A stretch of 64,000 bases of DNA, from the IMG/VR virus record IMGVR_UViG_2740892280_000002, positions 1 through 64,000 of that record; one strand, given 5' to 3'. The translations under genes were made by a program, and so were the position numbers. The DNA comes from a virus. Lineage: Duplodnaviria; Caudoviricetes. The notes under the pieces are model-generated. The model did not search any database. It was not told where the DNA came from and saw only the letters and a program-made list of their open reading frames with translations. The first letter of the stretch is position 1. Each line of letters starts with the position of its first letter. Of this stretch, positions 27,635 through 36,397 are shown piece after piece.

Positions 27635-28495
27635 ATGTCAGAGGAAGAAAGTGTCGACGATGACAAGGAAGCAAAGAGCGAAAAAGGCAGCGGCTTAGAC
27701 ACGGTCGAGCGCCTCAACAAAATGGGCGGCAAAGACGGGTTGCTTGAACGCTTATTTGGCGGAAGTGTCGACATTCTCGGGGGTAAGTTAACGGCGCTTA
27801 CAGCATGGGCGTTTGAAGAGAGGCAGGCAAATACTCGCTCGCATGTTGAAGCTGTCCAGGCGAAAAACCCGGAGCTTATCGATATAACACCCAACCTAAA
27901 GACCATCGAATACTTTCACGAATGGCAAAAGAAGGCGGAAAACGTCGGGCCTGACGATGCAGACGCAGCACTCTGGCGTGGCATACTTGAAGATATATTG
28001 CGGGGTGAGGATAGATTTCAGTCAGATATAATTGACATTGCTAAAAAAATAGACGCGAAAGATTTTGAAATTCTTCGGAAGGTGCGTCAGGGCGGCATAA
28101 GAATAACTCACGATGCTAGAATAGATCGTTTAATTAGACTTGGCTTGATACAAATTTCTACATCAAATATGATTTTGGGGCAGAGCCTTTTGCTAGGTTC
28201 GCTTTTCGCGATTGCGTATTTGCTCAAGTTCGTTTCGGATTATGTCGTCGGGGACGGGAGTTTAGATGCTGCGATAGGCGCGGCTATGCTTATGCTCTTC
28301 CCAACTTTTCTCCTGTTTACAAGTATTCGAATGATAAGGTGGAGAAAAGAACGGGCACAATCAAGGGCTAGGCTGTTAAAGGAGAGGGTATTATCCGCGT
28401 CAGAGCGTTATTATGATTACTATTTTAACGCAAACTACGCAGAGATATCCCCTGTAGGTCGAATATTAATGGAAATGACAGATAGGTATTCATAG
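27635..28495 (+). CDS. AT-rich moron: DUF2806/Abi-alpha-like domain plus 2 TM helices
   Basis: NT..HV, W...A..V, ALWRGIL pattern; two hydrophobic segments; opposite strand to neighbours. Confidence 0.55.
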   Translation: MSEEESVDDDKEAKSEKGSGLDTVERLNKMGGKDGLLERLFGGSVDILGGKLTALTAWAFEERQANTRSHVEAVQAKNPELIDITPNLKTIEYFHEWQKKAENVGPDDADAALWRGILEDILRGEDRFQSDIIDIAKKIDAKDFEILRKVRQGGIRITHDARIDRLIRLGLIQISTSNMILGQSLLLGSLFAIAYLLKFVSDYVVGDGSLDAAIGAAMLMLFPTFLLFTSIRMIRWRKERAQSRARLLKERVLSASERYYDYYFNANYAEISPVGRILMEMTDRYS

Positions 28496-28580
28496 TTATA
28501 TAATCATTCTTCCGATGGTAGCCGGGTAAAGACGCATTGACGTTATTCTTCACCCGGCTGGCTCTTGGCTGCTCGTAAAC

Positions 28581-28883
28581 CTAACGAACAAGCTCGACCG
28601 GCATCCCCCAGCGGTCGGCGAGGTACTCGATAACGATGACCGCCTCCTCGCGCGTCCGGCAGTCCGTAAGCGCGTCAACGCCTCCGGCCTTTAGGTGGAG
28701 GTAGACCGACCAGAGCTCCGCGTCCTCGGGCTCGCAAGGCTCGAATTGGGTTCCCTCTTGGTCCTCTTCGGAAACGTCCCTGACGCAGTTCAATTCGAGC
28801 GTGTCGTAGATCGATAGCTCCTCGGCGGTCGGCTCCCGTTCTCCCGGCCAGCAGTTGTAGAGGACAGCGTTAGTTAGGTTCAC
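28581..28883 (-). CDS. Hypothetical protein
   Basis: GTG start with GGAGGG RBS. Confidence 0.55.
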   Translation of the reverse strand: MNLTNAVLYNCWPGEREPTAEELSIYDTLELNCVRDVSEEDQEGTQFEPCEPEDAELWSVYLHLKAGGVDALTDCRTREEAVIVIEYLADRWGMPVELVR

Positions 28884-29277
28884 TTGCTGCCCTCCGTGCT
28901 TCGAATTGAACCCACGCCGCAGCCGCTTGGAAGAGAGCGGCGGCAGGGCTATCGCCGATCCCATGATAACCTGGCCCCATATCGATATCGGCGCGGAAAC
29001 CGCTTACGCGCGAGACCGGGTCGACATACGGGTAAATCTCGATATCGGGCTGCGTATATTTGAGCTCCTCAAGCCAGGAATTCCAGCGCCGGACGGCTAG
29101 GTCCATATCGCTTGCGAAAGGCCCTCTACGACCGCAAGAGAAGCATTTGACTGCGGTCTTTCGCTCTCCCGGCTTTTCCGTAAACTGGTCGACCGAGGCG
29201 AGGGTATTTTTCGACCCGCACTTCGGGCAGGGGTTCGCGTCGTCGCGAATATTAAGCTGAAACTTTGGTTCGATCAT
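28870..29277 (-). CDS. Lar-like (restriction alleviation) zinc-finger protein with C-terminal extension
   Basis: PCPKCGS...CFSCGRRGP...AVRRWN. Confidence 0.65.
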   Translation of the reverse strand: MIEPKFQLNIRDDANPCPKCGSKNTLASVDQFTEKPGERKTAVKCFSCGRRGPFASDMDLAVRRWNSWLEELKYTQPDIEIYPYVDPVSRVSGFRADIDMGPGYHGIGDSPAAALFQAAAAWVQFEARRAASEPN

Positions 29278-29593
29278 TGATCCAGCCCTCCGTTTGATGT
29301 TCGCGCCAAGCGCCATTTGTGATCCGATCCCAGAAGCCGGCACCGCCTTCGCATTCCGATTTGTACGGGATAACCGAGTGGTGCAATTCCCTTTGAAGCA
29401 TCTTCCCGCGAGCGTGGTCGTCCGGGTAGATCGCGCAGCTACCTAGCTCCTTAAGTACCCACGGCGGAGGGAGTTTCGGCCACTCCTTGAGGGAGCCGAG
29501 GAGATCGTAGTGAACCGGCGCCATCTGCTCGAAAGACGCGGCCTTGTAGCTTTCGGGTAGGTCGGTAGCGAGTTGGAAGCGTTCCACGATCAA
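29252..29593 (-). CDS. Hypothetical protein
   Basis: Coupled ORF. Confidence 0.5.
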   Translation of the reverse strand: MIVERFQLATDLPESYKAASFEQMAPVHYDLLGSLKEWPKLPPPWVLKELGSCAIYPDDHARGKMLQRELHHSVIPYKSECEGGAGFWDRITNGAWREHQTEGWINDRTKVSA

Positions 29594-29832
29594 CCCTCCA
29601 CGCAGGCGTAGGTAACGAGCCCGTCAATCGTCTGCCAGTATGGGTTTTGAGCCTCGGCGACTTTGCCGTATTGAGCGCAGTACGCGGCAGCTTTGGCGTT
29701 CGCGTCCTTGAGCGTCGGCAAGCGAACCATGCTAAGCGTTAGCCCGTTCTCTCCGAGCGTTCCGACCGTCGAAACCTGCTGGCAACCGGCAAGCGAGAGC
29801 GCGAGAAGCGCTAGCGAAATCATCCTTTTCAA
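29590..29832 (-). CDS. Putative lipoprotein
   Basis: Signal peptide with lipobox SLAGC. Confidence 0.65.
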   Translation of the reverse strand: MKRMISLALLALSLAGCQQVSTVGTLGENGLTLSMVRLPTLKDANAKAAAYCAQYGKVAEAQNPYWQTIDGLVTYACVEG

Positions 29833-29844
29833 ATCGTCACCTCC

Positions 29845-30132
29845 TTAGCCGTTGAAAATGTTGTTTTCTTTGGTGATGCAGACGTCGCGCCCTTCCGGCT
29901 GAGAGTCGATCCGCTTCGTAATGCCTTCGAGCAAGGCGTCGGAGACCGACTTCGCAAACGTTGCCTCGAATTCGTTCGCGCTCGGCTTTTTGAGGTTCTC
30001 GGCCTGCGCCTTTTCAAACGCGGCGATAAGCTCGTGACCGGTCACCCCGTCGCAGGCTTCGGCTTCCGTCCCGCAAGCTGCGAGGACGGTTAAGAAGAGG
30101 ATCGCGGACGCGGTCTTGATGGTCTTTTTCAT
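29845..30132 (-). CDS. Putative lipoprotein
   Basis: MKKTIK...VLAAC lipobox. Confidence 0.65.
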   Translation of the reverse strand: MKKTIKTASAILFLTVLAACGTEAEACDGVTGHELIAAFEKAQAENLKKPSANEFEATFAKSVSDALLEGITKRIDSQPEGRDVCITKENNIFNG

Positions 30133-30164
30133 GTTGTTCCTTTCTGTTTTTGGCTACGCTCTGG

Positions 30165-30584
30165 TCAAAAAACGACCGGCTCGTATGCCTCTTCTGCGTT
30201 GTAAGTGTTGATGTCTCGAAAGTCGGCGAGGACCTTGAATTTAGAGAGATCGATAGCCGACTCGAAGTCGCGGGACCACCCTTCGTCAAAGGACGAATAG
30301 CGGGCGGAGGATACGGTTACGTTAGGCGTATTGCCCGGCTTGGAAGCGCCGAAGATCGCCTGCGAAGGGATATCCTGCCAGCCGTCGATAAGGATGACGT
30401 AAGGGGCATAGGAGTAGACCATACCGCGCGCCTTGCGAGCGCCCTTCCTAACGTAGGAGATCTTTACCGCGCTATTGTATTGCGCCCACTTCTCCCGGCT
30501 ATGGCGGAGGAGCCAAACGTGCTTGACGACGACGTTCCCGAGACCGCCCTTAGTGATAAGGGTTGCCTTGATACCTTTGGACAT
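30165..30584 (-). CDS. Hypothetical protein
   Basis: RBS AGGAG; phage-like codon use. Confidence 0.6.
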   Translation of the reverse strand: MSKGIKATLITKGGLGNVVVKHVWLLRHSREKWAQYNSAVKISYVRKGARKARGMVYSYAPYVILIDGWQDIPSQAIFGASKPGNTPNVTVSSARYSSFDEGWSRDFESAIDLSKFKVLADFRDINTYNAEEAYEPVVF

Positions 30585-30595
30585 TATTACTCTCC

Positions 30596-30856
30596 TTACG
30601 AATAGACGACGATGTAGGGGACGCGCGCGCCGACCTTGAAACGGGTTTCGTTGATCATCTCGACCTCAAAAACCTGGTACTCTTCCGGGGACGTATTCTC
30701 TGCGCAATCGACCCGGACGTAGTCGGCGACGAAGCCAACCGGCCCGCCCTGGGTTGCGTAGAACCAGCGATCAAGACCCGGATGCCAAGCGGCGAAACGG
30801 TTGAGGTCGCCGTCGTTGACGTAGGTCGGGTTGCTTTCGTTAACTTGGTGAAACAT
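30596..30856 (-). CDS. Hypothetical early protein
   Basis: First gene after promoter 30883-30922. Confidence 0.6.
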   Translation of the reverse strand: MFHQVNESNPTYVNDGDLNRFAAWHPGLDRWFYATQGGPVGFVADYVRVDCAENTSPEEYQVFEVEMINETRFKVGARVPYIVVYS

Positions 30857-30882
30857 CGTCTATCTCCGTTTGTTGAGACCGA

Positions 30883-30922
30883 CTTATAAGTGCGCCGCGA
30901 ACGCTGTACAGAGAAAACGCAC
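30883..30922 (-). promoter_or_regulatory. TGTACA-class early promoter
   Basis: GTGCGTTTTCTC-TGTACA-N16-TATAAG. Confidence 0.65.
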
Positions 30923-30939
30923 AAGATTTCTGTTTTTGG

Positions 30940-31161
30940 CTATGATTTGTCCAAAAACCCAGGGCGCAGTTGGGCGGTTGGTATAGGAGCCCAGGCGCGA
31001 ACGCGAGCGCCAAAATTAGCGCCGTAGTAGAAGGCGTAGGGCTCATCCCATACGAGCTTGTCCTGAAGCCTCCCGATAAAGATCCCGCCTTCGCTCGCTA
31101 GGAAGATCGCATCCTTATCCTTCGGGCATTCGTCCAACTTCCGGCTAAGGATGATACTCAT
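30940..31161 (-). CDS. Hypothetical protein
   Basis: MSIILSRK...; coupled. Confidence 0.5.
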   Translation of the reverse strand: MSIILSRKLDECPKDKDAIFLASEGGIFIGRLQDKLVWDEPYAFYYGANFGARVRAWAPIPTAQLRPGFLDKS

Positions 31162-31484
31162 AGCTCTACCTCCAATCGTTCCGGCTTGCCGGACTTGAGT
31201 CGGGACGCCTCGCGGAGCGCCCAGGCGGCAAAAACGACAGGCACGTATTTGACGGTAAAGCCTTCGCCGTAGACGCGGTCGCAAAGAGCCTTCGCCGTTG
31301 CCTCCGACCTGTTGAACTGCGGAGCTGGCGGGTCGCCTCGGTAAGGCCCGGAGAGAGGGTAGAAGAACGCGAGACCCTTTTCCGGATGAATGACCCAGTA
31401 TTTGTCGACGATGCACTCTCCGTCGCGCGGGGTTGCCGCGAGAGTTTCCGAGATAAAGAAGAGGTGTTCGGCGCACTTGCTCAT
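31158..31484 (-). CDS. Hypothetical protein
   Basis: Coupled ORF. Confidence 0.55.
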   Translation of the reverse strand: MSKCAEHLFFISETLAATPRDGECIVDKYWVIHPEKGLAFFYPLSGPYRGDPPAPQFNRSEATAKALCDRVYGEGFTVKYVPVVFAAWALREASRLKSGKPERLEVEL

Positions 31485-31675
31485 TGGATTTTTACCCCTC
31501 GGTCGTTCTTTTCAGCAACGTGGATAACCTGCTCCGGCGTCCCGTTGCTTTCGACGGCGATCACGCCCCAGCCGGTAAACGCGGCTAAAAATTCGTTCGC
31601 CTCTTCGTCGGTGTTGAAAGTGATCGTCAGGAACTTCCGCCCCATCACGATTATCTCTCCGGTTCCTTTAGCCAT
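31481..31675 (-). CDS. Hypothetical protein
   Basis: RBS AGGAG. Confidence 0.55.
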   Translation of the reverse strand: MAKGTGEIIVMGRKFLTITFNTDEEANEFLAAFTGWGVIAVESNGTPEQVIHVAEKNDRGVKIQ

Positions 31676-31684
31676 GTTCGTCTC

Positions 31685-31897
31685 CTAGTTTATCTTTTCG
31701 GCTACAATCTGCTGAGCCTTCCAAAGGCTCGAAACGTTGTCGAAGGGGATCTTTTCCCCGTCGTAGGACTCCCGCCATACGACGAATTCGTCGGGGAAGT
31801 CGAAAGATGCGGTGATGTGAAATTTTCGACCGCCGGAGCGAGCTGACCATCGCCAGCCGAGCTCGCTCGCCGTTGCCTCGAATTGGATCGCGGTCAT
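31685..31897 (-). CDS. Hypothetical protein
   Basis: RBS GGAGG; coupled. Confidence 0.55.
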   Translation of the reverse strand: MTAIQFEATASELGWRWSARSGGRKFHITASFDFPDEFVVWRESYDGEKIPFDNVSSLWKAQQIVAEKIN

Positions 31898-32181
31898 GAT
31901 GCCTCCGCGTGGTCAGCATATGAGAAATACTTGGCTGCCGCCTTAAGCGAGCCGTCCTTCCGGACCTCGCGAACGGCAACCGAGTCCGTCGAGCGGTGCG
32001 TCTCGGGATTAGACCAGATCATCGCGCAAGAGCAGGCGTGCTCGAAGCTCTCCGCGTCGTATTCGAAGAAATCGCCGGAGAGGGTAAGGACGTGATAAAC
32101 GAACCCGCCAGCGATACCGCGCGCTACGCGGCCTTCGGCGGCTTCGCGGGTCATCAGGCGGGAAAGAGGGAATTCGGTCAT
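31894..32181 (-). CDS. Hypothetical protein
   Basis: RBS GGAGG before MTEFPLS. Confidence 0.55.
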   Translation of the reverse strand: MTEFPLSRLMTREAAEGRVARGIAGGFVYHVLTLSGDFFEYDAESFEHACSCAMIWSNPETHRSTDSVAVREVRKDGSLKAAAKYFSYADHAEAS

Positions 32182-32198
32182 AGGAACCTCCAAGAGGG

Positions 32199-32486
32199 TT
32201 AGAAATTGACTTCGATCAGCGTCTTGTTTTTCGCGTTCCGGCGAAGAACCTTTGCGCGGATCAGGCAAGTGATTGCCTTTGCGTAATCGTTCTCGCTCGG
32301 CTCGATCCCGGAGAGGGCGTCGCCGATTTTCTTGATCCGCTCGATAGGAAGAGCTGCGAAGAATTGAGCCCGGAAGGCTTGAGAGATCGCGTACTCGACA
32401 GGGGTGTAATCCCGGTTTGTAAGGTACTCGGCGAAGAGCTCGTAGGTCTTGGCTTCTTCCGGGTAGCGTTTAGAAAAGTCGGTCAT
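32199..32486 (-). CDS. Hypothetical early protein
   Basis: First gene after promoter 32513-32554. Confidence 0.6.
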   Translation of the reverse strand: MTDFSKRYPEEAKTYELFAEYLTNRDYTPVEYAISQAFRAQFFAALPIERIKKIGDALSGIEPSENDYAKAITCLIRAKVLRRNAKNKTLIEVNF

Positions 32487-32512
32487 TTCCGTCTCCGTCG
32501 TTGTTGAGATCT

Positions 32513-32554
32513 TATGTAGACGGAATCGGAAAAGCTGTACAGATGAAAATGCAC
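32513..32554 (-). promoter_or_regulatory. TGTACA-class early promoter with degenerate operator in the spacer
   Basis: GTGCATTTTCATC-TGTACA-N17-TACATA; spacer carries GTAGACGGAATCGGAAA on the + strand. Confidence 0.65.
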
Positions 32555-32668
32555 GAAAAATATGTTTTTGGCTACATTGTTTTCTGGCAGTAATCGCTCC
32601 GCCATTTTAGGTTCGGAGCGTCAAAGGGGCTTATCTCTTTGGCAAACTAGAAAGGGGGTGACGCACTG

Positions 32669-32746
32669 ATGAAAATCCGGCAAGTCCGGTTCAAGCTCAA
32701 GTTCTTCGGCTTCGCAATCGAAATCAACTTGAGATTTGAACGCTAA
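32669..32746 (+). CDS. 25-aa small ORF MKIRQVRFKLKFFGFAIEINLRFER
   Basis: Strong RBS GAAAGGGGGTGA; followed by a GC hairpin. Confidence 0.5.
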   Translation: MKIRQVRFKLKFFGFAIEINLRFER

Positions 32747-32837
32747 GGGCGAGGGGCCGGGGATAAAACCCCGGTCCCACCGGATCTAAGAAGGTGCGTC
32801 ACCCCTTGCCTAGATAATACGACCAACTCCCCAAAAT

Positions 32838-33413
32838 TCAAGCGTAGCCGACCGCGTCCGAGGGAATCGGTAGGATGATGAAACCGCAGTTCGGCTCCTT
32901 GTAGATGACCTCGGAAGAGATATCGCAGTCGCATTCCCCGTAATAGTCCTGGCTGTACGATATCGAGACCTCGACTAGGAACCGCTCGCCGATAGAGATC
33001 CCGTGCTCAAGCATAAAGTTGATGGCCGGGAAATCTATCCCATACCGACAGTCCCCACCGATAAGCCCGAGAAGACCGTCCGGACCTTCCGCAGCCTCAT
33101 AGGCCGGTAGGTTGACGGCGTAGCGCCGACCGTCGCCGATAGGTAGCATATACGGGAGTTTCCCTAAGTCCCCGTCAATCGACGGCTCACCCTGATCGGA
33201 GATTGCTTCGCACCAAAGCCAGGACGGGCAGGAGCTAGAGGAGGAGGCGACCGACTCCTGCCGATAGATCACCTTCTCGATAACCTGAGCAGGTGTATAG
33301 CGGGTAGCGCCGGGGATATACGCGGATTGCTCCAAGATCCTGCGAGCGACGTCCGAGAGGCGTCCTATGCCTGGGGCATAGATCGGGCGCTCGAAGCGCT
33401 TAACGGCTTTCAT
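32838..33413 (-). CDS. Hypothetical protein
   Basis: RBS GAGG before MKAVKRF. Confidence 0.55.
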   Translation of the reverse strand: MKAVKRFERPIYAPGIGRLSDVARRILEQSAYIPGATRYTPAQVIEKVIYRQESVASSSSSCPSWLWCEAISDQGEPSIDGDLGKLPYMLPIGDGRRYAVNLPAYEAAEGPDGLLGLIGGDCRYGIDFPAINFMLEHGISIGERFLVEVSISYSQDYYGECDCDISSEVIYKEPNCGFIILPIPSDAVGYA

Positions 33414-33535
33414 AGGGTTACCTCTTGATTGGATAGGGGAAAAGGCTCGGCGGCGTCTAGGCACCTGTCCTAGACGCTTCTATCGCCGTTGCCGGTTCGT
33501 CAGAGTGAGGCTAAATCCGGTCTCAAGTTGGTTTG

Positions 33536-33808
33536 CTAGAGACCTTGTGTCACCGCCTCGCGGGCGAGTAGCTCGCGGATACGTTCCATTGCTGCAGTCT
33601 GGTTGTCGACGCCGAGGGCAACCCAGATTTGAGAGAGGGCGGTAGTCTTCGCCTGGGCAGCTACCCCGTCGCTCGTATAGCCTTGAGCCCAATGTGGCCG
33701 GAGTTGCTCAAGCGAGGAGATCTCCCGCTCGGCGTTTTGAAGCTGCCGCGCAAGATCCTCGACGTAGTCCGCCGGGTAGAAAACGACTGCACGATCGGTC
33801 TCTAACAT
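33536..33808 (-). CDS. Hypothetical coiled-coil protein
   Basis: Coupled ORF. Confidence 0.55.
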   Translation of the reverse strand: MLETDRAVVFYPADYVEDLARQLQNAEREISSLEQLRPHWAQGYTSDGVAAQAKTTALSQIWVALGVDNQTAAMERIRELLAREAVTQGL

Positions 33809-34029
33809 GGCGTTGTCCCGTCGAGCAGCTCGTCGAGTTCCTTCTCGACCTCGGTAACTCGGAGAAATTCGAATGGCATCGCGTTGTTATTCTCCCGCGA
33901 GAGAGCCAGGTCGACCTTTGCGTCGATCAGCCGGCTGATGGTCTCGGTAATCTTCCGTGTCCGCTCCGGAGGGCCGATAGGCGTCCGGTCGAGACCGTCG
34001 CTATTTGAAGGGAAGACAATGAGGCTCAT
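33802..34029 (-). CDS. Hypothetical protein
   Basis: Coupled ORF. Confidence 0.5.
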   Translation of the reverse strand: MSLIVFPSNSDGLDRTPIGPPERTRKITETISRLIDAKVDLALSRENNNAMPFEFLRVTEVEKELDELLDGTTPC

Positions 34030-34391
34030 TTGCACAGCTCCTTAATCCGCTTGACTAAATCCATATTGGTCGCGATCCGCGACTTAGCGATCATCTGGTC
34101 GGCATGGTCCGGCGCCATCTTGTTGAGAACGTATTTCCGCTCGGTATGGGAGGCCGCTTCGAGCGCGGTAATCGCGAGGGCGAGCACTCCGAGCTTTTCC
34201 CGTTCCCGGTCAAGGAAGGTCTGCTCGACGATCCGGACAAACTCGGCGGATGCTTCGTCGAGCTCATATTCCGGGTTGATCTCGAAGCGACCGTCGCGGG
34301 TAAAGCGAACGACCCAGGTATCTGCCGAGAAAGACAGGGTCCTCATATCGAAGCTCTCTCCGGCATCGAAATATCCAATTGTCTCCTGCAC
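34026..34391 (-). CDS. Hypothetical protein
   Basis: RBS AGGAGAG next to an operator copy. Confidence 0.55.
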   Translation of the reverse strand: MQETIGYFDAGESFDMRTLSFSADTWVVRFTRDGRFEINPEYELDEASAEFVRIVEQTFLDREREKLGVLALAITALEAASHTERKYVLNKMAPDHADQMIAKSRIATNMDLVKRIKELCK

Positions 34392-34438
34392 GTTGCTCTC
34401 CTTTTCTGTTTTTGGCTACGTTCCCGGCAAGGGAAGGC

Positions 34439-35083
34439 TTATGCCTTCCCTTCTCTTTCGTCCTTGAGGATGCCGGCGATTGCGATGATTTCGGCGAGGC
34501 GGGTCAGCTTGCCGTTGAAGTAAAAGAAGTGGCGGACAAAGGTCGTGCCGTATTCGTTGGTAACGTAATGGGCGGTAACCGTAACCGGCAGGCCGTTGAA
34601 CATCCGAGCGACGTCGAGGTTATGAAGGAAACGCTCTTTGCGCTCTTCGAGGGTCATTACGACCGAGGCGCGGATCTCTTCCTCTTTCGCTTTGGCTTCG
34701 TCCTTAACCGGAGCGTTGATCGGGGTTGCTTTCGCGAGGTCGCGGAGGTTCATCAGGTCGGAAACCTGCTGCCAGAAGTCGCCGAAGATCGCGGCGTGCT
34801 TCTTTTCGCGGACCTGGTGGAGGTCAAACGGGGTTTCGTTTGCCGCGAAGAACTCGCCGCGCTCTTGGTGCATTTCCTGGGTCCACTGCTCCGCGCCGTT
34901 GTGCGGAGCGTTCTTGCAAAGACCGTCGTGGTGCAGGTCGTGGATATAACCGTAAGCGCGGTTGAGGTTTTCGAGAGCGCGTTTCTGAGCGGCCTTCGAA
35001 GCGAAACCGGCTTCGATCATTTCTTCAGCTTCGGCGGTCATCTTGACGATCTGTTCTACCTTGTAAGCGTTGCGGTCGGTCAT
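34439..35083 (-). CDS. Hypothetical early protein
   Basis: First gene after promoter 35124-35170; RBS GGAGAG. Confidence 0.65.
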   Translation of the reverse strand: MTDRNAYKVEQIVKMTAEAEEMIEAGFASKAAQKRALENLNRAYGYIHDLHHDGLCKNAPHNGAEQWTQEMHQERGEFFAANETPFDLHQVREKKHAAIFGDFWQQVSDLMNLRDLAKATPINAPVKDEAKAKEEEIRASVVMTLEERKERFLHNLDVARMFNGLPVTVTAHYVTNEYGTTFVRHFFYFNGKLTRLAEIIAIAGILKDEREGKA

Positions 35084-35123
35084 TTCGTTCTCTCCGTTTT
35101 GGCTATCGCCGTTTCGATGACCT

Positions 35124-35170
35124 CTTGTAACCGAAATCAGAAATAGATGTACAGTGAGAAAATGAACTTT
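35124..35170 (-). promoter_or_regulatory. TGTACA-class early promoter with operator variant in the spacer
   Basis: GTTCATTTTCTCAC-TGTACA-N17-TTACAA; spacer carries GTAACCGAAATCAGAAA on the + strand. Confidence 0.6.
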
Positions 35171-35174
35171 ATGT

Positions 35175-35384
35175 TCATTTTTTATCAGGAGGGGGGAAAA
35201 CGTGTCTCCAAGCCTCGCGGCATCCGATCTCTTGCGGTGTTTCTTTGACGCGCCAGCCCTGACCGTCGATATCGATGACGGTTAGGACGATTGCGCCGCA
35301 GTCTTCGCTCTCGACGACCGAAACGATGTGGAACGGATTGAGGTAGACCGGGAGACCTGTCGTCGCAGAAGATAGCCTAAGCAT
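35175..35384 (-). CDS. Small FlbD-like hypothetical protein
   Basis: MLRLS...PVYLNPFHIVSV...VKETPQEI pattern. Confidence 0.5.
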   Translation of the reverse strand: MLRLSSATTGLPVYLNPFHIVSVVESEDCGAIVLTVIDIDGQGWRVKETPQEIGCREAWRHVFPPPDKK

Positions 35385-35589
35385 CGGGAGCCTCCGGGAA
35401 CTCGGCCCAGTGCGTCGCGTTGACAAATTCCGTCGTCTCGGCAATTCCGACCGCGTAGAAGTGCTCGCCGTTCCAGAAGCCCGGAAGCGTCGTTTTGTTC
35501 CCGGCGGTTGCCGCGCGACCGATCAAGACCTGCTTGTATTGCGCCGGTCTTTTGCCGGAGACGACCGGTATCCAATTGATTGCCGTCAT
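35377..35589 (-). CDS. DUF551-like protein
   Basis: NWIPV...P...VL...THWAEFPEAP. Confidence 0.6.
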   Translation of the reverse strand: MTAINWIPVVSGKRPAQYKQVLIGRAATAGNKTTLPGFWNGEHFYAVGIAETTEFVNATHWAEFPEAPDA

Positions 35590-35591
35590 AC

Positions 35592-36233
35592 TCAAGCTCC
35601 GCGCTCCTCGGCCTTCCAGGCGCTTTCGCCGTTCGGGCGCTTGAAGCGGGTAAGCTTGTAGCCTGCCGCCGTCGCGACCCGACCGAGGGTAGCGTTTGCG
35701 CGCGGCCAGCCGGTTGCTTCGGCGAGCTCGGCTTTCGTTACGCCTTTCTCGCGGAGGGCCAGGTCAAAGACGATCCGCTTTTTTGTCCCCGGCTTCGGGA
35801 GCTTAGGAGCGTCGGAGACAGGCGCGGAGGCTTTCGGGGTAGTCTCGGTCGGCTTGATAGCTTCTTGCTCTTCGTAGACCTGCCCTAGGTCCTCCTCGGC
35901 TGCGACCGAGAGGGTTTCCGATCCGATGATCTCGATTGCTCCGTCGAGGGCTGTTTCCGGCTCCGGCTCCGGCTTCGCGATCTCGATAAGGTCGCAGCCT
36001 TCCTCGGTAAGGATCACGTTAAGGCCGCCTGCGATCCCTTCCGAGATATCGGCAAGCTCGATCTCTTCGACCGGCTTCTCGATAGCGTCAAAATCGGCGA
36101 GCGCCGCGATGATCCGCTTGCCGCCGGTCTTGCGGTCCGAAAAGCGCTTGATCGGGTCCGCTTCGGAAATCGAGTTGAAGATTTTGACCTGAGCTGTTGC
36201 CTTGACGTTGGTAAAGAATTCGAGGGCGTTCAT
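35592..36233 (-). CDS. Protein with C-terminal DUF3489-like winged helix
   Basis: REKGVTKAELAEATGW motif. Confidence 0.55.
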   Translation of the reverse strand: MNALEFFTNVKATAQVKIFNSISEADPIKRFSDRKTGGKRIIAALADFDAIEKPVEEIELADISEGIAGGLNVILTEEGCDLIEIAKPEPEPETALDGAIEIIGSETLSVAAEEDLGQVYEEQEAIKPTETTPKASAPVSDAPKLPKPGTKKRIVFDLALREKGVTKAELAEATGWPRANATLGRVATAAGYKLTRFKRPNGESAWKAEERGA

Positions 36234-36397
36234 TTCGTCTCTCCGTGTTTGAAAATCAACGTTATGCGACTTTTACGGCGAGTCCGTGTAGCTGTCCATA
36301 ACCAAAATTAAAATTAGTGTTCATTTTTAGATTTGCGTTTTTGGCGACGAATCTTTAGACAAACCACCGGCAAACGGCCATGAGAGAAAGGAATCAA

